From positions 1-46,710 of the IMG/VR virus record IMGVR_UViG_3300047277_000078: 46,710 nucleotides of DNA; one strand, given 5' to 3'. Position 1 is the first letter of the stretch, and each line of letters starts with the position of its first letter. The translations under genes and the position numbers were made by a program. This document shows, in pieces, positions 8,304 through 17,200 of the stretch. A model generated the notes under the pieces. That model did not search any database and was not told the origin of the DNA. It was given only the letters and a program-made list of their open reading frames with translations. The stretch comes from a virus. Taxonomy: Duplodnaviria > Caudoviricetes.

Positions 8304-8843
8304 TTACCCTAAAATTATTGACGGTTGAATGTTAATTACTATTGTAGTGGTAGATATAGCAAGTCCTAGTTGTTGTATAAAGCCTACTGAAGGAATTGTA
8401 GAAGTAACAATACCATTAATAGATAAATATACCGGCATATCTGTAATAAGATCAGAAAATCCATTTAATTCTCCTATACTATCTATTGCTATAATATCTC
8501 CTACTATACAAGAGCCTCTCGTGATACCTATAACTTTATTTACACTAGCTAAACTCGTATTATCAGCATATCTAGCTAAGCCATTAGATAAGGTTATAGC
8601 TCTATGTCCACCAAGGTTTTCTCCTGCTATGACATTAATAGCTACACCACCAGATATTCCAGGCGGCCCTTGAGAAGAAGATATAACTAATGAAGATGAA
8701 GTATCAGTAAGAACTATACTATCGGCTGAGATAGTTTCAGTTATGACATTTGACTGTACTATTTCAGTAATAACTAAAGGGATTATAGTATCAATTATAA
8801 TACTATCTTGATTACCTATAGAGACAGTTATAATATCAGCCAT
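8304..8843 (-). CDS. Putative structural protein, paralogous to the C-terminal domain of 7602-8300
   Basis: AGENLGGHRAI...YADN...VIGIT...VYLS...IQQLGLA; short GPPG linker. Confidence 0.7.
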   Translation of the reverse strand: MADIITVSIGNQDSIIIDTIIPLVITEIVQSNVITETISADSIVLTDTSSSLVISSSQGPPGISGGVAINVIAGENLGGHRAITLSNGLARYADNTSLASVNKVIGITRGSCIVGDIIAIDSIGELNGFSDLITDMPVYLSINGIVTSTIPSVGFIQQLGLAISTTTIVINIQPSIILG

Positions 8844-9196
8844 TATCTAGTTACTTCAGGTTTAAATATAATTTTACCTTCAATTAATCTAGTAATATCA
8901 CCAGAAGTAAATATCACTTCTAAATCATAGATACCACCAATACCTTCTAATGTTGTAGTATCTTCAGCGGAGATATATAAATCTATCTTACCTAGGCCAG
9001 GAGAAATGGTTATTCTACCATTAAAGGTATTAAGTTCTATTAAAGGTGATGTAGATAAATAGGATTCTCTGATCTGCATACGTGCAGAAGCACCAATAAG
9101 ATTAATTGGTATATTACTACTATCTTTCCAGGTTAAACTATGTCTATAAGTAGAACCTTTCTCAACTACAGGTAAATTTACTGTTGCTGCTGCCAT
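8843..9196 (-). CDS. BppU-like fibre attachment/adaptor protein
   Basis: KGSTY...WKD...PINLxGxSARMQIR...YDLE...RLIEGK motif. Confidence 0.7.
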   Translation of the reverse strand: MAAATVNLPVVEKGSTYRHSLTWKDSSNIPINLIGASARMQIRESYLSTSPLIELNTFNGRITISPGLGKIDLYISAEDTTTLEGIGGIYDLEVIFTSGDITRLIEGKIIFKPEVTR

Positions 9197-9225
9197 ATTA
9201 GTCCTTAATACTAGATATTTTTAAC

Positions 9226-9254
9226 AATATAACTATAAAATAAGCTAAAGTCAA
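9226..9254 (-). promoter_or_regulatory. sigma70-type promoter for the fibre cluster (TTGACT-17-TATATT)
   Basis: Near-consensus boxes 30 nt upstream of the 9196 start. Confidence 0.6.
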
Positions 9255-9264
9255 CTTAAATATA

Positions 9265-9429
9265 TTAACCTTCTTCTGAGCGTAACTTGTATAAAGGGTT
9301 GTCTTTAACAACCATAGAATACACTTTCTTACCTTTTATATGCTTCTCTGTATAATCAATATAAGTTAAGCTAGGCATTACCCATAGATTAATGCTAGGT
9401 ATTGTAAATTCAGGCCAATATAGTACCAT
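9265..9429 (-). CDS. Hypothetical 54-aa protein (not in the ORF track)
   Basis: MVLYWPEFTIPSINLW...RSEEG*; GAGG RBS; fills the gap after the 9432 gene. Confidence 0.6.
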   Translation of the reverse strand: MVLYWPEFTIPSINLWVMPSLTYIDYTEKHIKGKKVYSMVVKDNPLYKLRSEEG

Positions 9430-9431
9430 AA

Positions 9432-9677
9432 CTACCTCGGTAAACTTTCATCTAAGCTATTTAAAGGCATAGGAATATGTGAAGGCTTATATAAAGTAAC
9501 CTCATCATACTCCATACTATGTTTTACTCTTTTAGGTAAAGATTTATTACCAGATTTTTTATCAGCCTTTTCAAAATCTTTGCCTACCTTTTGTGGGATA
9601 CCTACTTTATCTGCAAATTTCTTAGAATGTGCTACTGCTCGCATTAACTTTTGTTGATCTCTACTTTTACTTGGCAC
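9432..9677 (-). CDS. Basic phage protein of the MPSKS..Q..LM.AVAH...FA.KVGIP type
   Basis: Recurrent phage hypothetical N-terminal motif; GTG start with GAGG RBS. Confidence 0.75.
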   Translation of the reverse strand: MPSKSRDQQKLMRAVAHSKKFADKVGIPQKVGKDFEKADKKSGNKSLPKRVKHSMEYDEVTLYKPSHIPMPLNSLDESLPR

Positions 9678-9694
9678 TATATTACCCTCTTAAA

Positions 9695-10204
9695 TTAATT
9701 ATTACCTTTATTACCTTTATTACCATTATTACCATTATTACCATTACCATCACCCCTAGCAGTAGCAATAGTAGAGTTATCATTGGTATTATTTCCAACA
9801 CTTCCATCTAAAGAAGATACTTTTAGCTTAGTATCCATATTAACTTTATTTTTAGATGTAGTTTTAGATTTAGAGCTAGAACTATTTGTTATAGTAGATA
9901 TATTATTATTATTATTATCTGCATAACCACCTGTAGCTGAGGATGTGCCACCTGATGCCGTAACATTTACATTTATAACTTCTTCTGGTTGTGCCGCTAA
10001 CATACCTATAATTTTATAAAGTAAACCACATAAAGAGTCTAAACAGCAATGATCTGGTTTTGGAATTATATTACCTGTAGTCTGATTCATATATACAATA
10101 TTATGCACATTCATTGTAGTAGTATTATAGAAATTAGTTACAGAAATATGGTCTCCTTGGCTAAACCCTTGCCCTTGTGTATTAGCAATATATAAATCAG
10201 ACAT
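9695..10204 (-). CDS. Low-complexity Asn/Ser/Gly-rich hypothetical protein
   Basis: GAGG RBS; HCCxxxxC cluster; (GNN/GNK)n tail. Confidence 0.65.
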   Translation of the reverse strand: MSDLYIANTQGQGFSQGDHISVTNFYNTTTMNVHNIVYMNQTTGNIIPKPDHCCLDSLCGLLYKIIGMLAAQPEEVINVNVTASGGTSSATGGYADNNNNNISTITNSSSSKSKTTSKNKVNMDTKLKVSSLDGSVGNNTNDNSTIATARGDGNGNNGNNGNKGNKGNN

Positions 10205-10215
10205 TATAACCTCTA

Positions 10216-10671
10216 TTATTTATTAATTGATGCTAAACCAGCAAGTAATACTGCTTCAGCCGAACGCCTTCTAACTAATCCAGATAGCACTTTACCACCG
10301 CCTTTATTCCATCTATGAATTTCATTGACTGCTTCTACCCATCTAGCCGCATCTACTTTAGTTTTTAATGTACTAGAATTATAATTACCTAAGCCACAGT
10401 TATATATAAAGTCAGCTATAGCAGCAATTTTACCTGGGGATTGTGATTTAAGTATAGGACTAGCGGTTATTGCTTGTAATACTCTATCTTTAACCAATCT
10501 ATCTAAAGCGTTATCTGCTTGTTCTTGTGTCCATACAGTACCTTTAATAATATCTTTACCTGTAACACCATAGCCAATAGTCCATACCCCGGCAGGGCAT
10601 AAGTAAGAATGTAATTTACAACCTTCAAATTCTTTAATTAATCTAGCTAGAAGTTCGTAGGAAGTTTCCAT
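10216..10671 (-). CDS. Endolysin, GH24 phage lysozyme
   Basis: FEG..L..Y.CPAGVWTIGYG catalytic region; YNCG; WNKGGGKVLSGLVRRR..E. Confidence 0.95.
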   Translation of the reverse strand: METSYELLARLIKEFEGCKLHSYLCPAGVWTIGYGVTGKDIIKGTVWTQEQADNALDRLVKDRVLQAITASPILKSQSPGKIAAIADFIYNCGLGNYNSSTLKTKVDAARWVEAVNEIHRWNKGGGKVLSGLVRRRSAEAVLLAGLASINK

Positions 10672-11042
10672 TACTTTAACCTATAGTTAGAAGAACCACA
10701 AAGTCTTACACCTAAATAAGCTAAATAAGCTTTAGTTTTAGATGCGCCTAATTCCACCATAGTATTTCGTAAGATAGTATCGCACAAAGTTCTACTATGT
10801 ATATTTGTAGAGTAGTTATAATCATGGATAACAGCCGCATCCCGTATCTCCGGTGCATCAGTATCAATATACCAACGTAAAAATCTAGGTATATTAGCAA
10901 AGTTAGTTATAAACCCTTTCGGGGCCACTATGATAGATATACCAGTTATTTTATCTACATAACTATAAACTAGATCAGCAGTTAATGTAAAATTTTCAGT
11001 TTCACGTTCAAATTTACCTTGAAGTTCCGTTAAAAATGGCAT
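10671..11042 (-). CDS. DUF1353 family protein
   Basis: APKGFITNFANIP...AAVIHDY.Y...CD..L...M...G motif. Confidence 0.85.
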   Translation of the reverse strand: MPFLTELQGKFERETENFTLTADLVYSYVDKITGISIIVAPKGFITNFANIPRFLRWYIDTDAPEIRDAAVIHDYNYSTNIHSRTLCDTILRNTMVELGASKTKAYLAYLGVRLCGSSNYRLK

Positions 11043-11044
11043 AA

Positions 11045-11281
11045 TTATTTTCCAATAAATAGTTTAAGATAAAATACTGCTATGTCGATACCAATTTTAA
11101 TTATACCATCTTCAATATCATAGCCTATAAGTTTAAAGTCAGCTAACACTTTAGCTTTCTTTTCTGCTTTAGTTAAATCATGATTATCTATATCTTTAAT
11201 TAAATTACATAAATCAGTAAATATAACTTTACCTATATGTAATGTATATAGTTCTTTTAAAGCAAAGGCTAATATTCTCAT
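11045..11281 (-). CDS. Hypothetical lysis-cassette protein
   Basis: Overlapping operon ORF with a hydrophobic C-terminus. Confidence 0.65.
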   Translation of the reverse strand: MRILAFALKELYTLHIGKVIFTDLCNLIKDIDNHDLTKAEKKAKVLADFKLIGYDIEDGIIKIGIDIAVFYLKLFIGK

Positions 11282-11523
11282 AAACCTACTTTCTCACTTG
11301 TTGCTACATGAATATATGAATTAATAAAACTAGCAATAGTAACTATACCATAAGCCAGAATATTCTCTTGTTCAACTGTTAAAGCTATATTAGTTACTTG
11401 TGGGATAATAGCTAAAATACCTACTATACCATTAAGTATAATAGAATTATTTTTCCATGTAGTAGAATTTTTTAAAGCACTACCTACTTTTAAATTATCA
11501 AGTATTGATATAATATTAAGCAT
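11278..11523 (-). CDS. Putative holin (2 TM segments)
   Basis: Two hydrophobic stretches; C-terminal ATSEKVGL; upstream of the endolysin. Confidence 0.65.
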   Translation of the reverse strand: MLNIISILDNLKVGSALKNSTTWKNNSIILNGIVGILAIIPQVTNIALTVEQENILAYGIVTIASFINSYIHVATSEKVGL

Positions 11524-11591
11524 ATTTAATCTCGGGAAATTCCAATAATTTTACAGTGTACATAGCTATTTTAATTAATAAATTATAAAAG

Positions 11592-11613
11592 AATGGGCAA
11601 ATTAATGCCCATT
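11592..11613 (-). terminator. Intrinsic terminator
   Basis: AATGGGCA/TGCCCATT stem followed by CTTTT on the minus strand. Confidence 0.65.
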
Positions 11614-11618
11614 AATTA

Positions 11619-11891
11619 TTATACCATATCTTCTGTAGGCATAGCCATAGCCATATCTGTCACGTACATTTTAGTATCTGATGAATCAGAATCCATCTTA
11701 CCAATCTTCTTGCCTGCTTTAAAAGCTTTACTTACTACTTCTTCAATTTCAGGAGTAATAAGTGCTACCATAGCTGCTTTTTCATCAATTTCAGTAGCAT
11801 AAACTACTTTAGTTGCAGCAATAATAGTATTAATCATAGCATCTATACCATCAGGATCGGGAACAACCGAATGTTTAACTTTTACTTTCAT
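11619..11891 (-). CDS. Hypothetical protein (likely start MKVKVKH at 11891)
   Basis: AGGA RBS before ATG 11891; Met/acidic-rich C-terminus. Confidence 0.65.
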   Translation of the reverse strand: MKVKVKHSVVPDPDGIDAMINTIIAATKVVYATEIDEKAAMVALITPEIEEVVSKAFKAGKKIGKMDSDSSDTKMYVTDMAMAMPTEDMV

Positions 11892-12291
11892 AATATGTCC
11901 TATAAGATTTAAATACATTTTGAATAGCTAATTTACCTTCTTCAGTTTGTATATAATTATTCATAATAAAACTATCTACCCCTCGTAAAACGGCCGGGTT
12001 ACATAACCAAATAACTTCATCTTGCGTAAATAATAAATTAATACATTCTAACGGAGTAAGAGGTTTAGTTTCAACAGTTTCAGTAATTTTCATTTGGTTT
12101 CCTAATTCTTCTAGCTTCTTAGCTACACCATTATCTATCATAGATTGAATTTGCTCCAGAGTAATAGCTGGAACGGGAGCTTGTATAGTCCCTGATATAT
12201 TTATACCCTCTAGTGGTTTAACTTCATTTTGTAATTCAACTAATTTAGCATGTGAAGCTATTAATTGTTCTGCTAGTGTTAGGACAGCCAT
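11875..12291 (-). CDS. Hypothetical coiled-coil protein
   Basis: ORF with RBS; heptad-like segments. Confidence 0.7.
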   Translation of the reverse strand: MAVLTLAEQLIASHAKLVELQNEVKPLEGINISGTIQAPVPAITLEQIQSMIDNGVAKKLEELGNQMKITETVETKPLTPLECINLLFTQDEVIWLCNPAVLRGVDSFIMNNYIQTEEGKLAIQNVFKSYRTYYESKS

Positions 12292-12340
12292 ATTATATTT
12301 CCGTAGTTATTAAAACCAAACCATACTTTTTAGGTTTTAC

Positions 12341-13234
12341 TCATGCACCAACATTAGTTGCAGTTTGATTAGAGCGATTACCATTACCATTAACAATAGA
12401 GGTATTAGTAGCATGTTGAGCAGCGATTAACTGACCAAGCAACCCATTCATAACTACTTGTTGTTGTTGTTGCTGAGCTTGTGCTTGAGATTGACTAACA
12501 TTAGTAACTACATTTACATTACCTGAGTCAATAATACCTCGTGTAGCAGTATGTCTATGATCATCCAAAGCAACAGCTAATTGACGTTGTAGGTCAAGTT
12601 CTCTTGCATTAGGAATAGAAGCCGCTAAAGCAGAAATAGCAGCTCTAGTTTTATCTCCGTCATTACTAATTGCTAAAGAAGTAGCATAAGTGCTACTAGC
12701 AATATTAGTATTAACAGCACCAAAGGCAGCAGCAGTTGCAGCAGCTAAAGTACTAATACCACCAGATATTACATCACCTGTTTCATGTACTTCATTAATT
12801 ACATCTTTACTGGTATTGTTTATACTTGCAAGAATAGCGCCTTGACCTTGTAAGTTGGCAATTTCAGCATTAAGAGTTGTAATCTGTGCAGTATTACTTT
12901 GAGCAGCTAAGGCAGCTTGTAATTGACCTTCAGCTTTCCAAATCTCACCATCAATACTACCGAGTGTTTGTGCATTAGTATTAGCACTAACAATATTTTG
13001 AACGTCAGCAGCAGTTAAGTTATGCGTACCAAGAGTAGCTGCGGCTGCCTCAGTACCCAATGGATTCAAAACTTTACCTAAAAGAATCCCAGCTAATGCG
13101 CCACCACCAAAACCTAAACCTGTATCTGCCATGTTATTATCTCCTGAATTACTGGGTAAGATGCTAGAAACCATTTTCATAACATCTGGATTTTGTAAAA
13201 GACTTGTTATGCCTGTCATATCGCCTACAGCCAT
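12341..13234 (-). CDS. Gly/Ala/Gln-rich coiled-coil protein of unknown function
   Basis: Strong RBS AAAGGAG; GLGFGGGALAGILLG segment; DGDKTRA motif; polyQ. Confidence 0.8.
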   Translation of the reverse strand: MAVGDMTGITSLLQNPDVMKMVSSILPSNSGDNNMADTGLGFGGGALAGILLGKVLNPLGTEAAAATLGTHNLTAADVQNIVSANTNAQTLGSIDGEIWKAEGQLQAALAAQSNTAQITTLNAEIANLQGQGAILASINNTSKDVINEVHETGDVISGGISTLAAATAAAFGAVNTNIASSTYATSLAISNDGDKTRAAISALAASIPNARELDLQRQLAVALDDHRHTATRGIIDSGNVNVVTNVSQSQAQAQQQQQQVVMNGLLGQLIAAQHATNTSIVNGNGNRSNQTATNVGA

Positions 13235-13342
13235 ATTAATTCTCCTTTAGAAACATCTAGTAATGCTAGACTCATAAGTAGAGATAATTTCTCTAAATTC
13301 TATATCTAGTATTAACTAGACGTTACTACCCGTCCCCAGGAA

Positions 13343-13606
13343 TTATAATGTACCCAATAGCTTGATATAATCTTTTTTAATAGCATCTTGTGTAATAGGA
13401 TCATTAGTAAAAGATAGAGCAAATTTAGCTGCCTTACCTATATCTAATATGGCATCAATCCAATTAATAGAAGATATTATTTTTATGTACTCTTTAGTAT
13501 GTTGAGAGTTTATCATGAGCAATTCCGTTAGTCTAGCTTTATTTCTAAGTTGTTTCTCTAAAGAATACCGTTCATATATCTTAGTCTGTGTTACTGTATC
13601 TATCAT
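13343..13606 (-). CDS. Hypothetical protein
   Basis: Operon ORF. Confidence 0.65.
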   Translation of the reverse strand: MIDTVTQTKIYERYSLEKQLRNKARLTELLMINSQHTKEYIKIISSINWIDAILDIGKAAKFALSFTNDPITQDAIKKDYIKLLGTL

Positions 13607-13612
13607 ATTTTT

Positions 13613-13897
13613 CTATAGTATACCATCTAAAAGTAGATTATATTGTAGCAAGTAAGCTTTCAACTCACTAATGTTACTTGCTATATCAATATTAGCTTTA
13701 GTTATATTAGCTATATTTCTAATAGTATCTATATAAGAGAACATAGTAATAGCTTCCTCAGATGTAATGTCTCTACCTAAATTATGTTGTAAATAGAATG
13801 GATATTTTACTAATATTTTATCTCCTGCTAAGGCATTAACTTTATCTATTGCTTCTTTTTTATGTTCTACCATAGTTTTTGTAATTTCAATTCGCAT
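13613..13897 (-). CDS. Tail-fibre-assembly-like helical protein
   Basis: K.EAI.KVN..AG..I...YP...Q.N pattern typical of post-gpJ chaperones. Confidence 0.6.
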   Translation of the reverse strand: MRIEITKTMVEHKKEAIDKVNALAGDKILVKYPFYLQHNLGRDITSEEAITMFSYIDTIRNIANITKANIDIASNISELKAYLLQYNLLLDGIL

Positions 13898-14291
13898 TTA
13901 TTAAAACCTTTAAAGGTAAGTATTGTACATTAGTAAATGTAAAGCTATATATATCAGAAATAGATGTGTTAAAATCTATTAAAGTATCTTCTAATACATA
14001 GTCAATACAGCCTGTAGAATATGATATAGTTAAATTTGTATTTAAAGGTATATTAGTTATAGATATTTTATCTACATCATCGGCTGTTAGCTTAGTTTTA
14101 TCTATTAAAATAGGGAAAACTATTTTTTCAGTTATAATTCCTAAAGGTATATAGTATTTTTCTCCGTCTATATGTCCTTCAATAATCCCCTGCGTAGTAG
14201 TGTCATAACATCCTTCTACGTTAGCTACAGGACAAGCTAGAATGCCTGCTATAGCTCCAGTATTACTTAAATATATTGTGTAATTAGCCAT
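13887..14291 (-). CDS. Tail-associated protein downstream of gpJ
   Basis: Position; GIIEG..DG..YY motif plus an Ig-like C-terminal half. Confidence 0.65.
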   Translation of the reverse strand: MANYTIYLSNTGAIAGILACPVANVEGCYDTTTQGIIEGHIDGEKYYIPLGIITEKIVFPILIDKTKLTADDVDKISITNIPLNTNLTISYSTGCIDYVLEDTLIDFNTSISDIYSFTFTNVQYLPLKVLINAN

Positions 14292-14292
14292 A

Positions 14293-17200
14293 TTATACCC
14301 TATGAACTGTAAGTGAAAACCAAGGAAACTCTATCATAGCATTGGAAGTAACACCAACATTGTTGGTACTAACTAAAGTAAAGGTCAATGTAAAATTTGT
14401 AGTTCCTGCTATAGTTGGGGTAACTGTGGCTTTTGTTATAAATCCCCCTTTAGTTCCCGTAGGTATTACAGGGAAATTTGCCATAGTGTAAGTTGCTATT
14501 AGAGTAGTTGGTGTTGCAGTAGTAGCATTAGAAGTTATACCTACATCTACAGAAGTAGTACCACCAGTACCACTGGCCCCTACTAGAGTAAACCCTGCTT
14601 CTACAATTATATCTTGTTTATTACCATCTATGCTTAATACTAAACTTATATTAGTAGACGTATTAACGCCTTTTACAAATGTTTGCTGTCCCATTGTCCC
14701 TGGTGCAAAATAGGTAGATAGAACAGTAGTCGTAGTTAATTGTCCAGCAGTAGCAAAAGCACCTAACCCTGCTACATTTGCATTAGGTAATGCTGTTATT
14801 GCGTGAGTTACTGCGCTGCCGCCAGATAATACACCAGCAGCACTCAACGATATTAAATTATTTAATATAGAGACAGTAGGGTTATTCGCAGCAGCAGCTA
14901 TATTAGTCTTAGAAGCTAAAGTAGTACCAGAAGCCGCGCCAGAAACTACTGTACTAATAGCAGTACCACTCATAGTAGCAGTAACTGCGGCTTTACTCCA
15001 AGTAGGCCCACGCTGTATTCCAGCAATATAGTCACCATTAGATGATGATTTACATGCAGCAACACCAATACAATAACTTTTATCTACCGCTACACCTATA
15101 AATTGATAGTATGTACTAAAAGTTGCTGTACCCTTATATAATATTGGTACTGATACAGTCGAAGACCCGGCCATACCTGGGTAATTATATGGAATAGCTG
15201 CTACATAATAAGCACCATCTTTTATATACAGTATAAAAGAGTCAGCTTCTATAGTTCCTTGTGTGTATGTCCAAGCTATAGTTATATCTACTAAACCTAA
15301 AGCGGATACTGGACTAATAGTCATAGAACCTAATATAGGCAAAGCCCCATTAGGGGCAGCCTCAGTTGTAAAAGACGCTATAGTTGCCGCTACGTCAAGG
15401 GCAGCACTAGCGTTAGAAACCACTGTAGCTGCTGCAATACCAGCGATAGTTGCAGTAATATTTGGTACACCTGCGGCTTTAGTCCATCCAGTAACAATAG
15501 CTGTACTTTTAATACCACTTCCAGATAAACGAGAAGCTGTAATACCTACTTGATATGCTTTATCTATAGGAACACCTAATACTTTATAAGTATAGGCTTT
15601 ATTTAACTTTGTTGGATCAGCAGCTATCCCAGCAACTAATACTGTACTAGCTATAGTAGGTACAACTAAACCCTCTACAGCATATAAGGTAAAAGTTTCA
15701 GCCGATACTCCTGTAGCAGGTTGTTGGTATGTCCAAGTAAGTGTTACATCTACAGTCCCTGTAGAAGAGGCAGAACTTTGGGATACAGAAGATAACACTG
15801 GTAGTACACTAGGTATAGCTACAGAAGTATAGCTATCAACAGAGGTAACAAAAGTAGAAGAAATGCCTGCCCTAATCCAAGGGCCATACAGTAAACCATA
15901 TATAATCCCAGAAGATGTTTGTCTACTTGGGCAGATACTTACACTATAATTACCTTCAATAGGTATTCCTGTAACAGTGTAACTTCTAGTATTACCGTCT
16001 ACTACTGCTAAAACAGGGGAACTAGCGGTAGGCACTGAAGTAGGTATAGCTGTAGCATTAACTATACAATACAATGTAAAACTATCTGCTTTGTATGTTC
16101 CTTGTGTATATGTCCAAGATAGTGTTACATTTACATTACCAGTTCCTGTTTGTGACGCATTGATTGTAGTGTTATTTAATAATGTTATAGAAATACCACT
16201 AGAAGGGGCAGCATTAACAGTAAAATTAGGTTCATTACCATAAATATAATCATTAACTATTTTACCTAAGGCTTCTTTCTGTATATAATAGTTTTGGGCA
16301 TAAGTTCTAAAATCTATACCAGATTGTGCTGTTATAGCTGTTTCTACATTTATATTAGTATTATTTATATAAATAGGGACTGTAGTATTAGTTAATGGAT
16401 TAAGCCAACTACCTGCAACACCCGTATTTAAGAAAGAACCTAAATTACCTAATGCAGTAGCATATGTACTAGGAATCGCAATAGAATAAGATAAACAAAG
16501 ACTTGTTAAATTTCCGCGCTCTAATATTATATTATCCCATTCTTTACGTATAATAGCTTTTTCAAGTGTACTAATTACATTATCATTTACCATAGCATCA
16601 ATACTAACACCAATAGCAGCAACATTATCTGTAAGCGTTTTTGCTGGTACCCCATTAACTTGCGCAGTATCTTTAGATATATTTAATGACGTTTTATCTG
16701 AAGTAGCTACCCAAACATTATCATTAGGCGCAACACCAGCTTTACCGTTATGTATAAATGTTACGCCAGAGGTACTTTGAAAATATATATCACCTTTAGT
16801 TCCTGTTGTAGTTACAAGAGGGTCAGATGTACCAGAAGAGTAAATTGTATATGAGGCACCTGCTTTCCAAACATTAGCTATCTTAGTATATAAAATACCA
16901 GTATCAGTGCTATAACATAAATCACCATCTACACCAAGACTAACTAAAGGGGTACCTAAGCAAGTATAAGAATTATTATTAGACGCTTGTATTATCCAAT
17001 CAACAGCACGCCTAGCGTAAGTTCTTCCTAAAGATGTTGCATAACAAATATCTCCGACAGAACTATTAGCCGGTACAGATAATGTATTATCAGTAACATC
17101 TATAGTTGGTGCATTTAGTTGAACTGTAATAATGTTTTTAGTAGCATTATCTACAGGTTTCTTTCCGGTAGTGGTGGTTATACTTTCCCAAATAGCTTTC

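Noticed and set aside
9706-9752. 9-bp repeats as a regulatory element
   Set aside because: Explained by the (GNN/GNK)n coding tail of the 9695-10204 gene.
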